DNA from: Roseivirga sp.
Lineage (GTDB): Bacteria; Bacteroidota; Bacteroidia; Cytophagales; Cyclobacteriaceae
Direction of reading: 5' to 3'
Assembly: GCA_047633135.1 (NCBI GenBank)
Contig: JBLIES010000001.1
Location: 3,749 to 67,748 of the forward strand
Length of the DNA stretch: 64,000 nucleotides
Position numbers and translations under genes: made by a program. Under the pieces are notes generated by a model. That model searched no databases and had not been told where the DNA came from. It was given only the letters and a program-made list of their open reading frames with translations. Within the stretch, counting starts at the first letter, position 1. Each line of letters begins with the position of its first letter. Shown piece after piece: positions 45,742 to 55,722 of the stretch.

Positions 45742-48072
45742 CTAGTCCAAAGACTTTTGACTAAAGATCATATACCCGAAAGACAGTGAAAGCCCTACTC
45801 GCGCCTCTGGATTTTCAAGATAATTTACCCTTGCGGTCAAAGGGCCCAAAATAGAGTTATATATTATGCCCACCATGCCGAACAACCGTACTTCGCTAAA
45901 GCCTAAATCGTCAGTCACTGTTTGATTTAAACCATCATTAGGTCTATTATAGGACGTAAAAGCGTAGAACTCGCTTCTCAAAAATAAGCTCTTGGCGACT
46001 CTTAAAGAATGTACCATGCCCGTTCCAACATAACTATATGCCCTATATTCACCTAAAAAATAAGTATCTGAATCAAACATTGGGTTAAACTGTTTGGCAA
46101 ATATTAAACTCGATTGGTAGTTTCTTAAGTTGGGTTGAGTACTCAAAACTGACTCTATTTTCCAACCAAATGTATAATTTGTTGACACTTTTTTATACTC
46201 TTCAAACCCGACCTCTAACGAGATCCAATTTCTATTATCTATGTACCTTTGAACTTGGTTGGGTACGTGAACTAAAGAGGTCGACCCTGGAGTATACTGA
46301 GTTTGGCCAGCGACAATGCTCGCTGTACTATAAAAGCGGACTCCCTCTGTAGCAAATTGCTTATTGTTGAGTGTATTGCGCTCATAGCTTAATTTCGCCT
46401 TAAAGGAATCGAACTCTAAGTCATCAAGCTCTTCATCAATAGCCACATTTGATATATTACTGAACTTATCTGAATTCTTTACATAGGCAGCCTCAGCGGT
46501 AAATAAACTCCTTTGACCAGAACCAATCCCCACCTTTACGCCTAGCTTCCTGTCGACCCTCGAAAGAATGGTAGCGCTATAATCAGTATCAAAAAAATCA
46601 TCCGTATTCAAGTAATTCCATTGGTTAAGAGTAAATGAGGGTTCTAAAAAGAGCCTAAGCCTTTGATTCAAATTGAAACGAGATGAGAATAAGACGGACT
46701 CATAAAATCTACCCGTAGAAACCTTAAACTTATAAGTGTTTAAATACCGATTGAAGTTATTGAAAGCAACGCCAAAATGAAGGGTACTCACACTTCTTGT
46801 CGATAAGTTCCCTCCAACATCAACAGAAAGCGCATTCTTTGCAGTTGGTTTCATGTAGAGTTCTAAAACATAAAATTCTTCTTTTGCATCATAAGCGAAA
46901 TTCAAATAAACATTCTTAAAATATGGTTCCGAAACCAGCCTGAAATAAGCTTGGCGCACCTCTTGTAAATTAAGTTTACCGTCTTTAAAGGTTAAAAGAG
47001 AATGAATAAGCAAGCCCTGCTTTTTTTCAAAACCATAAAGCTTCAGCGCGCCAAATTGATAGGGTTCAAAGTTTTGTCTGTATTCCGTTCTACTATGTTC
47101 AATTTCTTCTTTTGGAACCCTTCTTAAAATTTTACTTTTAATGCTCTCCATTTTACTTAATGTGGCCTGATATCCCGCCTCGATAAGCCATTCTACCTCA
47201 TCAAAATCAAAAGCGGTAAAAGGCTTCATATTTGGCTCAATATAGATATCGGTAGAATCTAGGTCATTGGGGTCAGTTTTATTCAGAAATAAAAACAGAA
47301 GCGCGTCCGTTAAAATCTCCTCATCCCCTTCGTAAGGATACGATTCTGACTTCTTAGAAGCCACATTTACACCAATAGTCACATCTGGCTTAAAGTCTCT
47401 TTTCATTATATCCACTGGAAAATTATCATAGATACCGCCATCAAACAGATACTTGTTTTGAAATTTTATTGGCCGATAAAAGAATGGAACGGCCATTGAT
47501 GACCGTGTAGCCTGCATAAGTGACCCTGAGTCTAATGGGACCACTTTTTCGGAAAATATTTCTGCCGCTATGGCCTTAAAAGGGACGAAGAGATTGTTGA
47601 AGTTATAATTCGCTGCTTGAGCTGCCTGACCAAGGTATTCACTAAGAATAAAATTAATAATAAGGTCATTAGCAATTGGCGTATTAAAGGTCGCCTGAAG
47701 TTTTTCATTCAAAAGTAAATCAAGGGAGAGGATGGACGCATCATCTTGTGATTTAGTATAGTTGTACTGATAGCGTTCTGTTGATTTACCTGTCACCCAA
47801 TCCTCAAAAGACGGGTTTAATGTAATTTCAGCAATCTCTTCAGGGCTAAAACCTGCTGAATAGAGCGATCCGACTACAGCCCCCATTGAGGTGCCGACCA
47901 CATAATCTATTGGGATTTCATTTTCTTCTAGCGCTTTGAGTACACCAATATGGGCTATCCCTTTTGCTGCCCCTCCACTCATCACCAACCCCACCTTCTG
48001 CGCATTCACCACGCTTGGAATGAGCAGACAAATAAATGTCAGCGTGAGTTTTGTGAGGCGTGGAATTGACAT
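45742..48072 (-). CDS. Patatin-like phospholipase with C-terminal beta-barrel (PlpD-like)
   Basis: SGGAAKG, GTSMG and DGG patatin motifs; beta-strand-rich C-half. Confidence 0.88.
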   Translation of the reverse strand: MSIPRLTKLTLTFICLLIPSVVNAQKVGLVMSGGAAKGIAHIGVLKALEENEIPIDYVVGTSMGAVVGSLYSAGFSPEEIAEITLNPSFEDWVTGKSTERYQYNYTKSQDDASILSLDLLLNEKLQATFNTPIANDLIINFILSEYLGQAAQAANYNFNNLFVPFKAIAAEIFSEKVVPLDSGSLMQATRSSMAVPFFYRPIKFQNKYLFDGGIYDNFPVDIMKRDFKPDVTIGVNVASKKSESYPYEGDEEILTDALLFLFLNKTDPNDLDSTDIYIEPNMKPFTAFDFDEVEWLIEAGYQATLSKMESIKSKILRRVPKEEIEHSRTEYRQNFEPYQFGALKLYGFEKKQGLLIHSLLTFKDGKLNLQEVRQAYFRLVSEPYFKNVYLNFAYDAKEEFYVLELYMKPTAKNALSVDVGGNLSTRSVSTLHFGVAFNNFNRYLNTYKFKVSTGRFYESVLFSSRFNLNQRLRLFLEPSFTLNQWNYLNTDDFFDTDYSATILSRVDRKLGVKVGIGSGQRSLFTAEAAYVKNSDKFSNISNVAIDEELDDLEFDSFKAKLSYERNTLNNKQFATEGVRFYSTASIVAGQTQYTPGSTSLVHVPNQVQRYIDNRNWISLEVGFEEYKKVSTNYTFGWKIESVLSTQPNLRNYQSSLIFAKQFNPMFDSDTYFLGEYRAYSYVGTGMVHSLRVAKSLFLRSEFYAFTSYNRPNDGLNQTVTDDLGFSEVRLFGMVGIIYNSILGPLTARVNYLENPEARVGLSLSFGYMIFSQKSLD

Positions 48073-48093
48073 AAAAAAAGCAGAAAATTCTGC
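48073..48093 (-). terminator. Weak intrinsic terminator-like hairpin after the M23 gene
   Basis: Minus strand GCAGA-AUUU-UCUGC-U7. Confidence 0.45.
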
Positions 48094-48107
48094 CTCTGTT
48101 TTTTTAA

Positions 48108-49391
48108 TTACTTACTACTTGCCGAAACACCTTCGGTAGGCCAATCTAATTGGATGTCATTAAGTCTTTTATCCATTAAGCCTTTTAACGCTTCAAATTT
48201 AACTATTTGATCTTTTGACAATGGTTTTTCAGCTGGAAGACGTTCTTTCAAAAAATCAACTTGTCTTCCATTTTTCCAAAACCTGAAACATAAGTGAGGA
48301 CCTGTAGCCAAGCCTGTTTTACCGACATAACCAATTACATCCCCCTTTCTTACTTTCTGCCCATTCTTTGGACTACTGAATTTGGACATATGTAGATATC
48401 CTGTTGTGTAAGTCCCGTTATGGCGAATTTTAATATAGTTACCATTACCGTTAGTCCAGCCTCTTGCAATAATGATTCCGTCTGCTGCTGCCTTGATAGG
48501 GGTGCCTGTAACTGCTGCGAAGTCAGTACCTAAATGCGCTGTAGTTCTTTTTAATACTGGGTGATATCTATTTGGGTTATAGCGTGAAGAAATCCTAGAA
48601 TATTCAACGGGGTATCTTAAAAAAGCCCGCTGTAAGCTTTCTCCTTTATCATCATAAAAATCAAATCCCTTTCCTTGGTCATATGCATAAGCCATGTAAG
48701 TGTTATTTACATGGTTGAACTCAGCCCCTAATACTCTGCCAATACCAATGGACTGCCCTTCTATACGCTTGTCTTCGTACACTACTTTAAACCAATCCCC
48801 TACTTGAAGGACCCTGAAGTCAAGCTGCCAACCAAATACATCTGCCACTGAACTTACCAAGGCGGCCGAACCTCCTTTTTCTCTAATCGCATGGTCTAAT
48901 GAAACTGTGATTTTTCCAGTCATTGTTCTTTCGACAATTTCAACATCTCTTGACTCTTTAGAAATCACAATTGAGTCTTGCAGTTGATAAATAACATACT
49001 CTAAAGGATTAGGCTCATACACAAAAAAAGCTGCTTTTTTAAGCGAGTCTTCAGTGTAAAAAAGAGTGTACTCTTTATTAGTAATGAATTTTCGAACGCT
49101 GAAAACGTCTTTTGAAAGCTTATCAAGGCTAAAAACATCTTGATTGCTGATGTTGTAAGGCAAAAGGATGTCTGCAATAGTTTCGTTTCGCTTGATTTTA
49201 CCTTCTAAGGTTTTATACGCGTCCAAAGAGATTCCAAATTTATACTCAGGAGGAATTACTTCTGCTTCTTGTTCAACTACAAAGTCATCTTGAACAGGAT
49301 TTGGCTCGACTGAACGAGAATTATAAAGCACAATAATGAGGGTTAACAACCCGATTATAGATACTCCTACTGCTAAATATTTTTTATTCAT
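48108..49391 (-). CDS. M23-family peptidoglycan endopeptidase (MepM-like)
   Basis: N-terminal TM, RISSRY, HLGTDFAA (HxxxD), YLHMS and GPHLCF. Confidence 0.9.
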   Translation of the reverse strand: MNKKYLAVGVSIIGLLTLIIVLYNSRSVEPNPVQDDFVVEQEAEVIPPEYKFGISLDAYKTLEGKIKRNETIADILLPYNISNQDVFSLDKLSKDVFSVRKFITNKEYTLFYTEDSLKKAAFFVYEPNPLEYVIYQLQDSIVISKESRDVEIVERTMTGKITVSLDHAIREKGGSAALVSSVADVFGWQLDFRVLQVGDWFKVVYEDKRIEGQSIGIGRVLGAEFNHVNNTYMAYAYDQGKGFDFYDDKGESLQRAFLRYPVEYSRISSRYNPNRYHPVLKRTTAHLGTDFAAVTGTPIKAAADGIIIARGWTNGNGNYIKIRHNGTYTTGYLHMSKFSSPKNGQKVRKGDVIGYVGKTGLATGPHLCFRFWKNGRQVDFLKERLPAEKPLSKDQIVKFEALKGLMDKRLNDIQLDWPTEGVSASSK

Positions 49392-49476
49392 TCTTTAATT
49401 TTTAACCCTCTAACGGCAAAGTAATAAAAATGTGTGCGATATAAGAAACTATTTTATTCATGCCTTATCTTATTGA

Positions 49477-51681
49477 TTATCTAAGCCTTAAACTATTGAA
49501 AACTACAGACACTGATGAGAAAGCCATAGCGGCACCAGCAATCATAGGGTTCAGTAAAAAACCTGTAAACGGAAATAATATTCCAGCAGCCAAAGGTATG
49601 GCAATGACATTATAAAAAAATGCCCAAAACAAATTCTGTTTCATGGTGGTAACGGTTTTGGCAGAGAGCGACATTAATTGAAATATTTTTGAAATATCTC
49701 CATTCAATAAGGTGACAGAAGCGCTTTCTAATGCTATATCTGCTCCTGTGCTCATGGCGATGCCCAAATCAGCCTCAGCCATCGAAGGCGCATCGTTGAT
49801 TCCGTCACCAGCAAATGCTACGATGTGACCTTTTGCTTTGGCCTCTTTCACAATTTCGAACTTGTCAGAAGGTAAAAGATTCGCTCGATATTGGTTGATT
49901 CCCGTTTCTCTCGCCACATTAGCACAAATTTGCTCATTGTCTCCAGACAACATCTCTACTTCAATCCCTTTGGCGAGTAACTGCTCAATGAGTTTAGCCG
50001 AAGACTTTTTCACTGTATCGTTTAACGCTATTAAAGCGATCAAGACACTGTCTTTCACAAAATAAACCAAGGTTCTCCCTTTCTTATTCTGCTCATTAAT
50101 TCGCGCTTCAGCTTCCTCTGGAATAACTACCTTTTTCAAACCAGCATTACCAACAATTTGAAACTGACTTCCGTCCAAACTTGCATGCAGCCCTATTCCT
50201 GGGATATTCTTTAACTCTTTTAACTGAATTGGAAAAAGGTCGTACTTCTGCTCTAAATAGTTTGTGACCGCAGCAGCAATAGGATGGCTTGAACTAGCCT
50301 CCATGCCATTAAGAATACTCAAGAACTCAAGGTTGTTGTCCTCTAGAAAGAAAGTATAAAAATCAGTGACCGATAACTTCCCTTCCGAAATAGTCCCTGT
50401 TTTATCCACAAATAGCTTAGTGATCTTCGATGCATTTTCAATAGCTTTTGCATCTTTGATCAGGATCCCTTCTTTCGCACCTCTACCAATACCCACCATA
50501 ATTGCCATTGGCGTGGCCAAGCCTAATGCGCAGGGACAGGCAATAATCAGCACCGAAAATGTATTTACAAAAGCATAAGTCAGTACTGGGTCTGGACCAA
50601 AAATAAGCCAAACAGCAAAAGTGAGGGCAGCCAATAACAATACAATGGGTACAAAAATGCTGGCAATCTTATCTGCCAATTGCTGAGCGGGTGCTTTAGA
50701 GCCTTGTGCTTGAGTCACCATTTCGATGATCTTTCCAAGGATGGTATCTTGACCAATGGCCTCTACTTTAATTTCTAAACTTCCGTCACTGTTGATCGTA
50801 CCGGCCTTTACCTGATCGCCCTTCGTTTTTTCTAACATAAGCGACTCCCCTGTAATCATGGCTTCGTTGATTTCAGCTCGGCCAGCAACAATGACACCGT
50901 CTATGGGAATCTTTTCCCCGGCTTTCACTAAAATGATATCATCTGTCTTAAGCGCTTCGATGAGTATTTCATCTTGCCTTCCGTTTACGATTTTAATCAC
51001 CCTTTTTACCTGAAGCTCGTACAGCTTTTCTATGGCACGTGAGGTAGTAAACTTGGCCTTTTCTTCTAAGTATTTGCCCAATAAGATAAAGGCGATGATC
51101 ACCGCTGCCGATTCGTAGTAAACGTGCACCGCCAAACCTTGCTGTTCGATAATAGAAGGGAATATGGTGTTGAACGCACTGAATAAGAATGCAGAACCCG
51201 TTCCAAAAGAGATGAGGGTATCCATATTTACCGCTCCATTCTTAATTTGCTTTAAAGCACTGGTGAAGAATCGGCCCCCTGCTCCAAAGATTACAGGGAC
51301 AGATAAGACTAATAGGAACCAATTTTTGTATTGAAAATCACCCACAAACATGGAGAGCACCATGATAAAGGAAGCCAATACAACAGCGAAGAAAAGCTGG
51401 TTCCTGGCTTTTGATAATCCTTTGCTTCGGTCTTCATTTACCTTCGCCTTTTCCTCTTTGGCTTGCAATTGATAGCCCGCATTGTCGACTAGCTGCTGTA
51501 ATTCTTTAAAGGTTACTTGCTTATCGTGATAGGTTAAACTGACAGTGTTCGTTGCAAAGTTGACATCGACTTTTTCAACCCCTGTTTGTTTTACGAGGGC
51601 CTTTTCGATACTTGCAGCACAGCCGGCACAATGCATTCCTTGTACTGGATAGGTGTCTTTAATTGGTGTTTCTTGCATCAC
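49477..51681 (-). CDS. copA: Copper-translocating P1B-type ATPase
   Basis: GMHCAGC HMA domain, TGES, CPC, DKTGT, HP, GDGIND, YN and MAFSS. Confidence 0.93.
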   Translation of the reverse strand: MMQETPIKDTYPVQGMHCAGCAASIEKALVKQTGVEKVDVNFATNTVSLTYHDKQVTFKELQQLVDNAGYQLQAKEEKAKVNEDRSKGLSKARNQLFFAVVLASFIMVLSMFVGDFQYKNWFLLVLSVPVIFGAGGRFFTSALKQIKNGAVNMDTLISFGTGSAFLFSAFNTIFPSIIEQQGLAVHVYYESAAVIIAFILLGKYLEEKAKFTTSRAIEKLYELQVKRVIKIVNGRQDEILIEALKTDDIILVKAGEKIPIDGVIVAGRAEINEAMITGESLMLEKTKGDQVKAGTINSDGSLEIKVEAIGQDTILGKIIEMVTQAQGSKAPAQQLADKIASIFVPIVLLLAALTFAVWLIFGPDPVLTYAFVNTFSVLIIACPCALGLATPMAIMVGIGRGAKEGILIKDAKAIENASKITKLFVDKTGTISEGKLSVTDFYTFFLEDNNLEFLSILNGMEASSSHPIAAAVTNYLEQKYDLFPIQLKELKNIPGIGLHASLDGSQFQIVGNAGLKKVVIPEEAEARINEQNKKGRTLVYFVKDSVLIALIALNDTVKKSSAKLIEQLLAKGIEVEMLSGDNEQICANVARETGINQYRANLLPSDKFEIVKEAKAKGHIVAFAGDGINDAPSMAEADLGIAMSTGADIALESASVTLLNGDISKIFQLMSLSAKTVTTMKQNLFWAFFYNVIAIPLAAGILFPFTGFLLNPMIAGAAMAFSSVSVVFNSLRLR

Positions 51682-51726
51682 AGTTAACTTAACAAAAGTG
51701 AAAGTAAAAACGTGCCGTCCCCTCTT

Positions 51727-53790
51727 TTAGCGAGTCGAAAACTCTTTTACGCCTTTATCCAAAAACTGGATGAAATTGGTGATCTCTGCATCATACGATT
51801 TAGGCCTGATCAAAGGCTGTTCATCATTGTCTAAAAGCACGTAGTAAGGCTGTGCATTACCGTTGAATTGCGTGATCTGAAAATCAAAGTTTTGCTTTCC
51901 AATGGTCTTCTTCACTTTGTCGTCATACTCAGAGGTGTACCATTCTGTTTCAGGCAAGGTCGTTTTATCATCTACATAGAGTGCTACTACAACATACGCT
52001 TCCTTCAATCTTTTTAATACTTGAGGGTCAGACCAAACGTATTCTTCCATTTTTCGGCAATTCACGCAGCCATGACCCGTGAAATCAATGAATAGTGGCT
52101 TTTTCACTTTTTTAGCGTAGGCTATTGCCTCCTCGTAATCAAAAAAACCTTGAATTCCATGGGGTAAATGAAGAATTCCGTCATACTTTACTTTAGTAGG
52201 AAACTGGTTTTTACCTTGTGCAGGACCGGTAATTTGAGCCTTTGTAATTTCATCTCTCATTAATTCCTTCATGGCAAAATCATGAGTACTCAATGGAGGT
52301 AAATAGCCAGAGAGTCCTTTTAAAGGAGCGCCAAAAAGGCCAGGAAATAAATAGATAGCAAAAACGAAACTGATGATCGCTAAAATCAATCGAGGGACTG
52401 AGGTTTTTTCAGATGGGCTGTCATGTGGAAGTTTTATTTTTCCCAATAGATAGAAGCCGAGCAAAATGGCAATCACAAACCAAATGGCAATATAAATATC
52501 CCGATCAAGTAGGCCCCAATGATAGGCTTGGTCTGCGATGCTCAAAAACTTGAAAGCCAAAGCCAGTTCGATAAAGCCCAAAACGACTTTTACAGAATTT
52601 AACCACCCACCAGATTTAGGGAGCTCTTTAAGCATGCCTGGGAAAATGGCAAACAAGGTAAAAGGTATTGCAAAGGCGATAGAAAAGCCGAGCATGCCCA
52701 CTACTGGTTTTAAAACTTGCCCTTGAAAAGATTCAATCAAAATCGTTCCTACAATTGGTCCTGTACATGAGAATGAAACAAGGACCAAGGTAAAGGCCAT
52801 GAAAAAAGTACCAATAAAACCTCCATTATTTGCCTTCTTATCCATTCGGTTCACAAAGCCGCTGGGCAAAACAATTTCGAAAAGGCCGAAAAAGGAAAGT
52901 GCAAAAAGCACAAATACCAAAAAGAAGATAATATTAGGAATGGCACCTGTGGCAAGTTCATTCGCAATGCCTACCCCAAATAAACTGGTAAAGAGTAGGC
53001 CGATCAGAATGTATATTACTATAATCGATATTCCGTAAATAACAGCCTTGGTGATGGCTTGACTTCTAGACTGACTGCTGTTGGTAAAGAAGGCAACCGT
53101 CATCGGAATCATGGGGAAAACGCAAGGAGTCAGGAGCCCTGCTAAACCAAAAACAAATGCTGCAATAAAAAAGCCCCATAAGGAGCCATCATCTTCGGGA
53201 ACGAGGAGGTAATCAAAACTCTCTCCTGTTGGAGCCTCCGCCTTTTTAACTTCTACTTTCTCCTCTTGAACACTTTCTAATTCAGGTTGTGCTTCTTTCT
53301 GAGCCTCCTCCCCTGAGACAATGATAAATTCAATCGTAAACTCCTTTTCTCCCGGAATGCACTGCCCTGTAAGGTCGCTACAGGTTTGGAACTCCAGTAA
53401 GCCCGAAAGATTGAGTGCTTTATTTAAAACCTTAATCTTCTGTTTAAATTCGCCCTTGACAAGGAAATAGGTCACCTCTGCACCCCAAACATCCTCGTAC
53501 TTCTTTTTTGGATCTGTAGGAATGAAGTCACCGATCAATTCAAACGACTCATTCTCATTAAATGCTACTGTGGTAGGTGTAGGGCCAATTTCTGGGTCTA
53601 AATCACTAGAATAGATGTACCAATTGTCTATTAAATCTACCCTAAAGATAATGTCTATCTCTTCTCCAACTTTTACTTCCTTTTTAGAGGCGTCATAAGA
53701 CCAAGTACCCGTTTGACGTACTTGACCAAACTGGCCAAATAGGGCAACAGAGAAGAAAAGAGAAATAAGAACAACTACATTTTTGAACAT
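51727..53790 (-). CDS. dsbD: Thiol:disulfide interchange protein DsbD
   Basis: N-domain CSDLTGQC, TM cysteines PCVFP and SCTGP, thioredoxin GCVNC. Confidence 0.92.
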   Translation of the reverse strand: MFKNVVVLISLFFSVALFGQFGQVRQTGTWSYDASKKEVKVGEEIDIIFRVDLIDNWYIYSSDLDPEIGPTPTTVAFNENESFELIGDFIPTDPKKKYEDVWGAEVTYFLVKGEFKQKIKVLNKALNLSGLLEFQTCSDLTGQCIPGEKEFTIEFIIVSGEEAQKEAQPELESVQEEKVEVKKAEAPTGESFDYLLVPEDDGSLWGFFIAAFVFGLAGLLTPCVFPMIPMTVAFFTNSSQSRSQAITKAVIYGISIIVIYILIGLLFTSLFGVGIANELATGAIPNIIFFLVFVLFALSFFGLFEIVLPSGFVNRMDKKANNGGFIGTFFMAFTLVLVSFSCTGPIVGTILIESFQGQVLKPVVGMLGFSIAFAIPFTLFAIFPGMLKELPKSGGWLNSVKVVLGFIELALAFKFLSIADQAYHWGLLDRDIYIAIWFVIAILLGFYLLGKIKLPHDSPSEKTSVPRLILAIISFVFAIYLFPGLFGAPLKGLSGYLPPLSTHDFAMKELMRDEITKAQITGPAQGKNQFPTKVKYDGILHLPHGIQGFFDYEEAIAYAKKVKKPLFIDFTGHGCVNCRKMEEYVWSDPQVLKRLKEAYVVVALYVDDKTTLPETEWYTSEYDDKVKKTIGKQNFDFQITQFNGNAQPYYVLLDNDEQPLIRPKSYDAEITNFIQFLDKGVKEFSTR

Positions 53791-53897
53791 AACAGAAAAA
53801 TTTTCATTGACATAACACTATCGTGCCCACAACCATTCAATGCGTTAAAAACGAGCCTACCTAACCTACGATTTCGAATTTTAGCAGTGTATAGACT

Positions 53898-55277
53898 TTA
53901 TTGATTTAACGCTGCAAAGTTCTTGAAAAACAAGGGAATAGTTTCAATCCCTTTAAAATAATTAAATACGCCATAATGCTCATTTGGAGAGTGAATGGCA
54001 TCTGAATCTAGCCCAAATCCCATCAATACTGTTTTGACCTCTAACGTTTGCTCGAACAAAGCTACAATAGGAATACTGCCCCCTCCACGGAATGGAATTG
54101 GCTTTTTGCCAAAAGTAGTTTCCATCGCTTTTGATGCGGCCATATAGGCTATTGAATCCGTTGGGGTTACCGCTGGCTGGCCACCGTGGTGCGGTGTTAC
54201 TTTCACTTTTACACAAGGTGGTGCAATGGCCGTAAAATGATCTTGAAAAAGCTTAGTGATTTTACCTGGGTCTTGGTTCGGCACTAATCGCATTGAGATC
54301 TTAGCATAAGCCTTTGATGCGATCACCGTTTTTGCACCTTCGCCAATGTAGCCACCCCAAATTCCATTTACATCTAAGGTTGGTCTTATCGATGAGCGCT
54401 CCATTGAAGTATAACCCGCTTCCCCTTCTGTACCGGTTAAACCGATCGATTTTTTATAGTCTTCTTCATTGAATGGCGCTTTGCCCATTTCAGCTCTTTC
54501 TTCTAATGAAAGCTCTATCACATCGGCATAAAAACCTGGGATGTTCACTTTCTTATTTTCGTCTTTTAAAGAAGCAATCATTTCTGCCAACACATTAATT
54601 GGGTTGGGCACTGCACCACCATAAAGGCCAGAATGCAAATCGCGATTGGGGCCAGTCACTTCCACTTGAACATAGCTCAAGCCTCTTAAACCCACAGTAA
54701 TTGAAGGCACATCGTTGGCGATAATGCCAGTGTCTGAAACCAATACGATATCTGTAGCTAATTTTTCTTTATTCTCTTCTAAGAAAATGCCCAGGTGGTC
54801 TGATCCTACTTCTTCTTCGCCCTCGATTAAAAACTTAATGTTACAAGCGAGATTGCCCGTTTGCACCATCGTTTCAAAGGCTTTGATGTGCATGTACATT
54901 TGGCCTTTATCGTCACAAGCGCCTCTGGCAAAGATGGCTCCTTCGGGATGCAGTTCTGTTTTCTTAATAACGGGTTCGAATGGAGGTGAATCCCATAACT
55001 CGTAAGGATCAGCTGGTTGTACATCGTAATGCCCGTAAACCAGCACTGTTGGTAATTTTGGGTCTACCATTTTTTCGCCATACACAATTGGATGACCTGC
55101 AGTTGGGCAAATTTCAGCAAAATCAACACCTGCCTCGATCAATTTTGTGTGAATAAACTCAGCAGCCTTTAATACATCGCCTTTGAATTTGCCATCGGCA
55201 CTTACCGAAGGAATGCGAAGTAATTCTAATAGTTCGTTGAGGAAACGGTCTTTATTGGATTCGATGTATTGGTTCAT
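53898..55277 (-). CDS. M20-family dipeptidase
   Basis: YGHYDVQP, RGACDDKG, EGEEE, DLHSG and HSPNE. Confidence 0.93.
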   Translation of the reverse strand: MNQYIESNKDRFLNELLELLRIPSVSADGKFKGDVLKAAEFIHTKLIEAGVDFAEICPTAGHPIVYGEKMVDPKLPTVLVYGHYDVQPADPYELWDSPPFEPVIKKTELHPEGAIFARGACDDKGQMYMHIKAFETMVQTGNLACNIKFLIEGEEEVGSDHLGIFLEENKEKLATDIVLVSDTGIIANDVPSITVGLRGLSYVQVEVTGPNRDLHSGLYGGAVPNPINVLAEMIASLKDENKKVNIPGFYADVIELSLEERAEMGKAPFNEEDYKKSIGLTGTEGEAGYTSMERSSIRPTLDVNGIWGGYIGEGAKTVIASKAYAKISMRLVPNQDPGKITKLFQDHFTAIAPPCVKVKVTPHHGGQPAVTPTDSIAYMAASKAMETTFGKKPIPFRGGGSIPIVALFEQTLEVKTVLMGFGLDSDAIHSPNEHYGVFNYFKGIETIPLFFKNFAALNQ

Positions 55278-55357
55278 AACAAGCCTTTTTTTCTAAGGCA
55301 TGCAATTTAATTGAATTTGAAGAGAGAAAATAAGGATTTAGGAAAAGATAACTAGTG

Positions 55358-55446
55358 CTCAATAACAAGCTCTGTTACGGGTACGCACCCTAGTCCTCGT
55401 TTGTAAAGAGGACTAAGGCTTACTGCATTTTTAATGCGGCATTGAG
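55358..55446 (+). ncRNA. Candidate structured RNA (five-way junction)
   Basis: Closing stem CTCAAT/ATTGAG encloses four hairpins, including the 8-bp TAGTCCTC/GAGGACTA. Confidence 0.4.
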
Positions 55447-55722
55447 AGATAACACTTTTGATATTGCCCTCTTTCACTCCAACGCCTAACTTCTCTCTTC
55501 TAATTTCTATTCGTTACCTCTTCATTCTGGGACGGCTCACAGGCCTCTTTGAATATCAAAAAACGGCCATATTTTCTTGTTTATTGGCTACTATTCATCT
55601 AACGAATTCGCGTTTTATAACGCTATCGGTCTTCATTACGTAAAACATCATATATTTTCGTTAACTTTTATAGTGGTCAAGCTTTTTAACGAACTCAAAA
55701 GTCAAATCTAAAAACAACAAAC

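Noticed and set aside
55371-55395. TPP riboswitch suggested by minus-strand GGGTGC...TACCC
   Set aside because: It lacks the CTGAGA and the GAACCTGAT/AGGGA elements.
55600-55640. TAACG/TTACG repeats with 18-bp period upstream of the second permease
   Set aside because: Too short, and the period fits neither LytTR (about 21 bp) nor OmpR (10-11 bp) spacing; likely chance.
55458-55643. 61-aa intergenic ORF
   Set aside because: Phe/Leu/Ser-rich composition typical of AT-rich non-coding promoter DNA; no motif.
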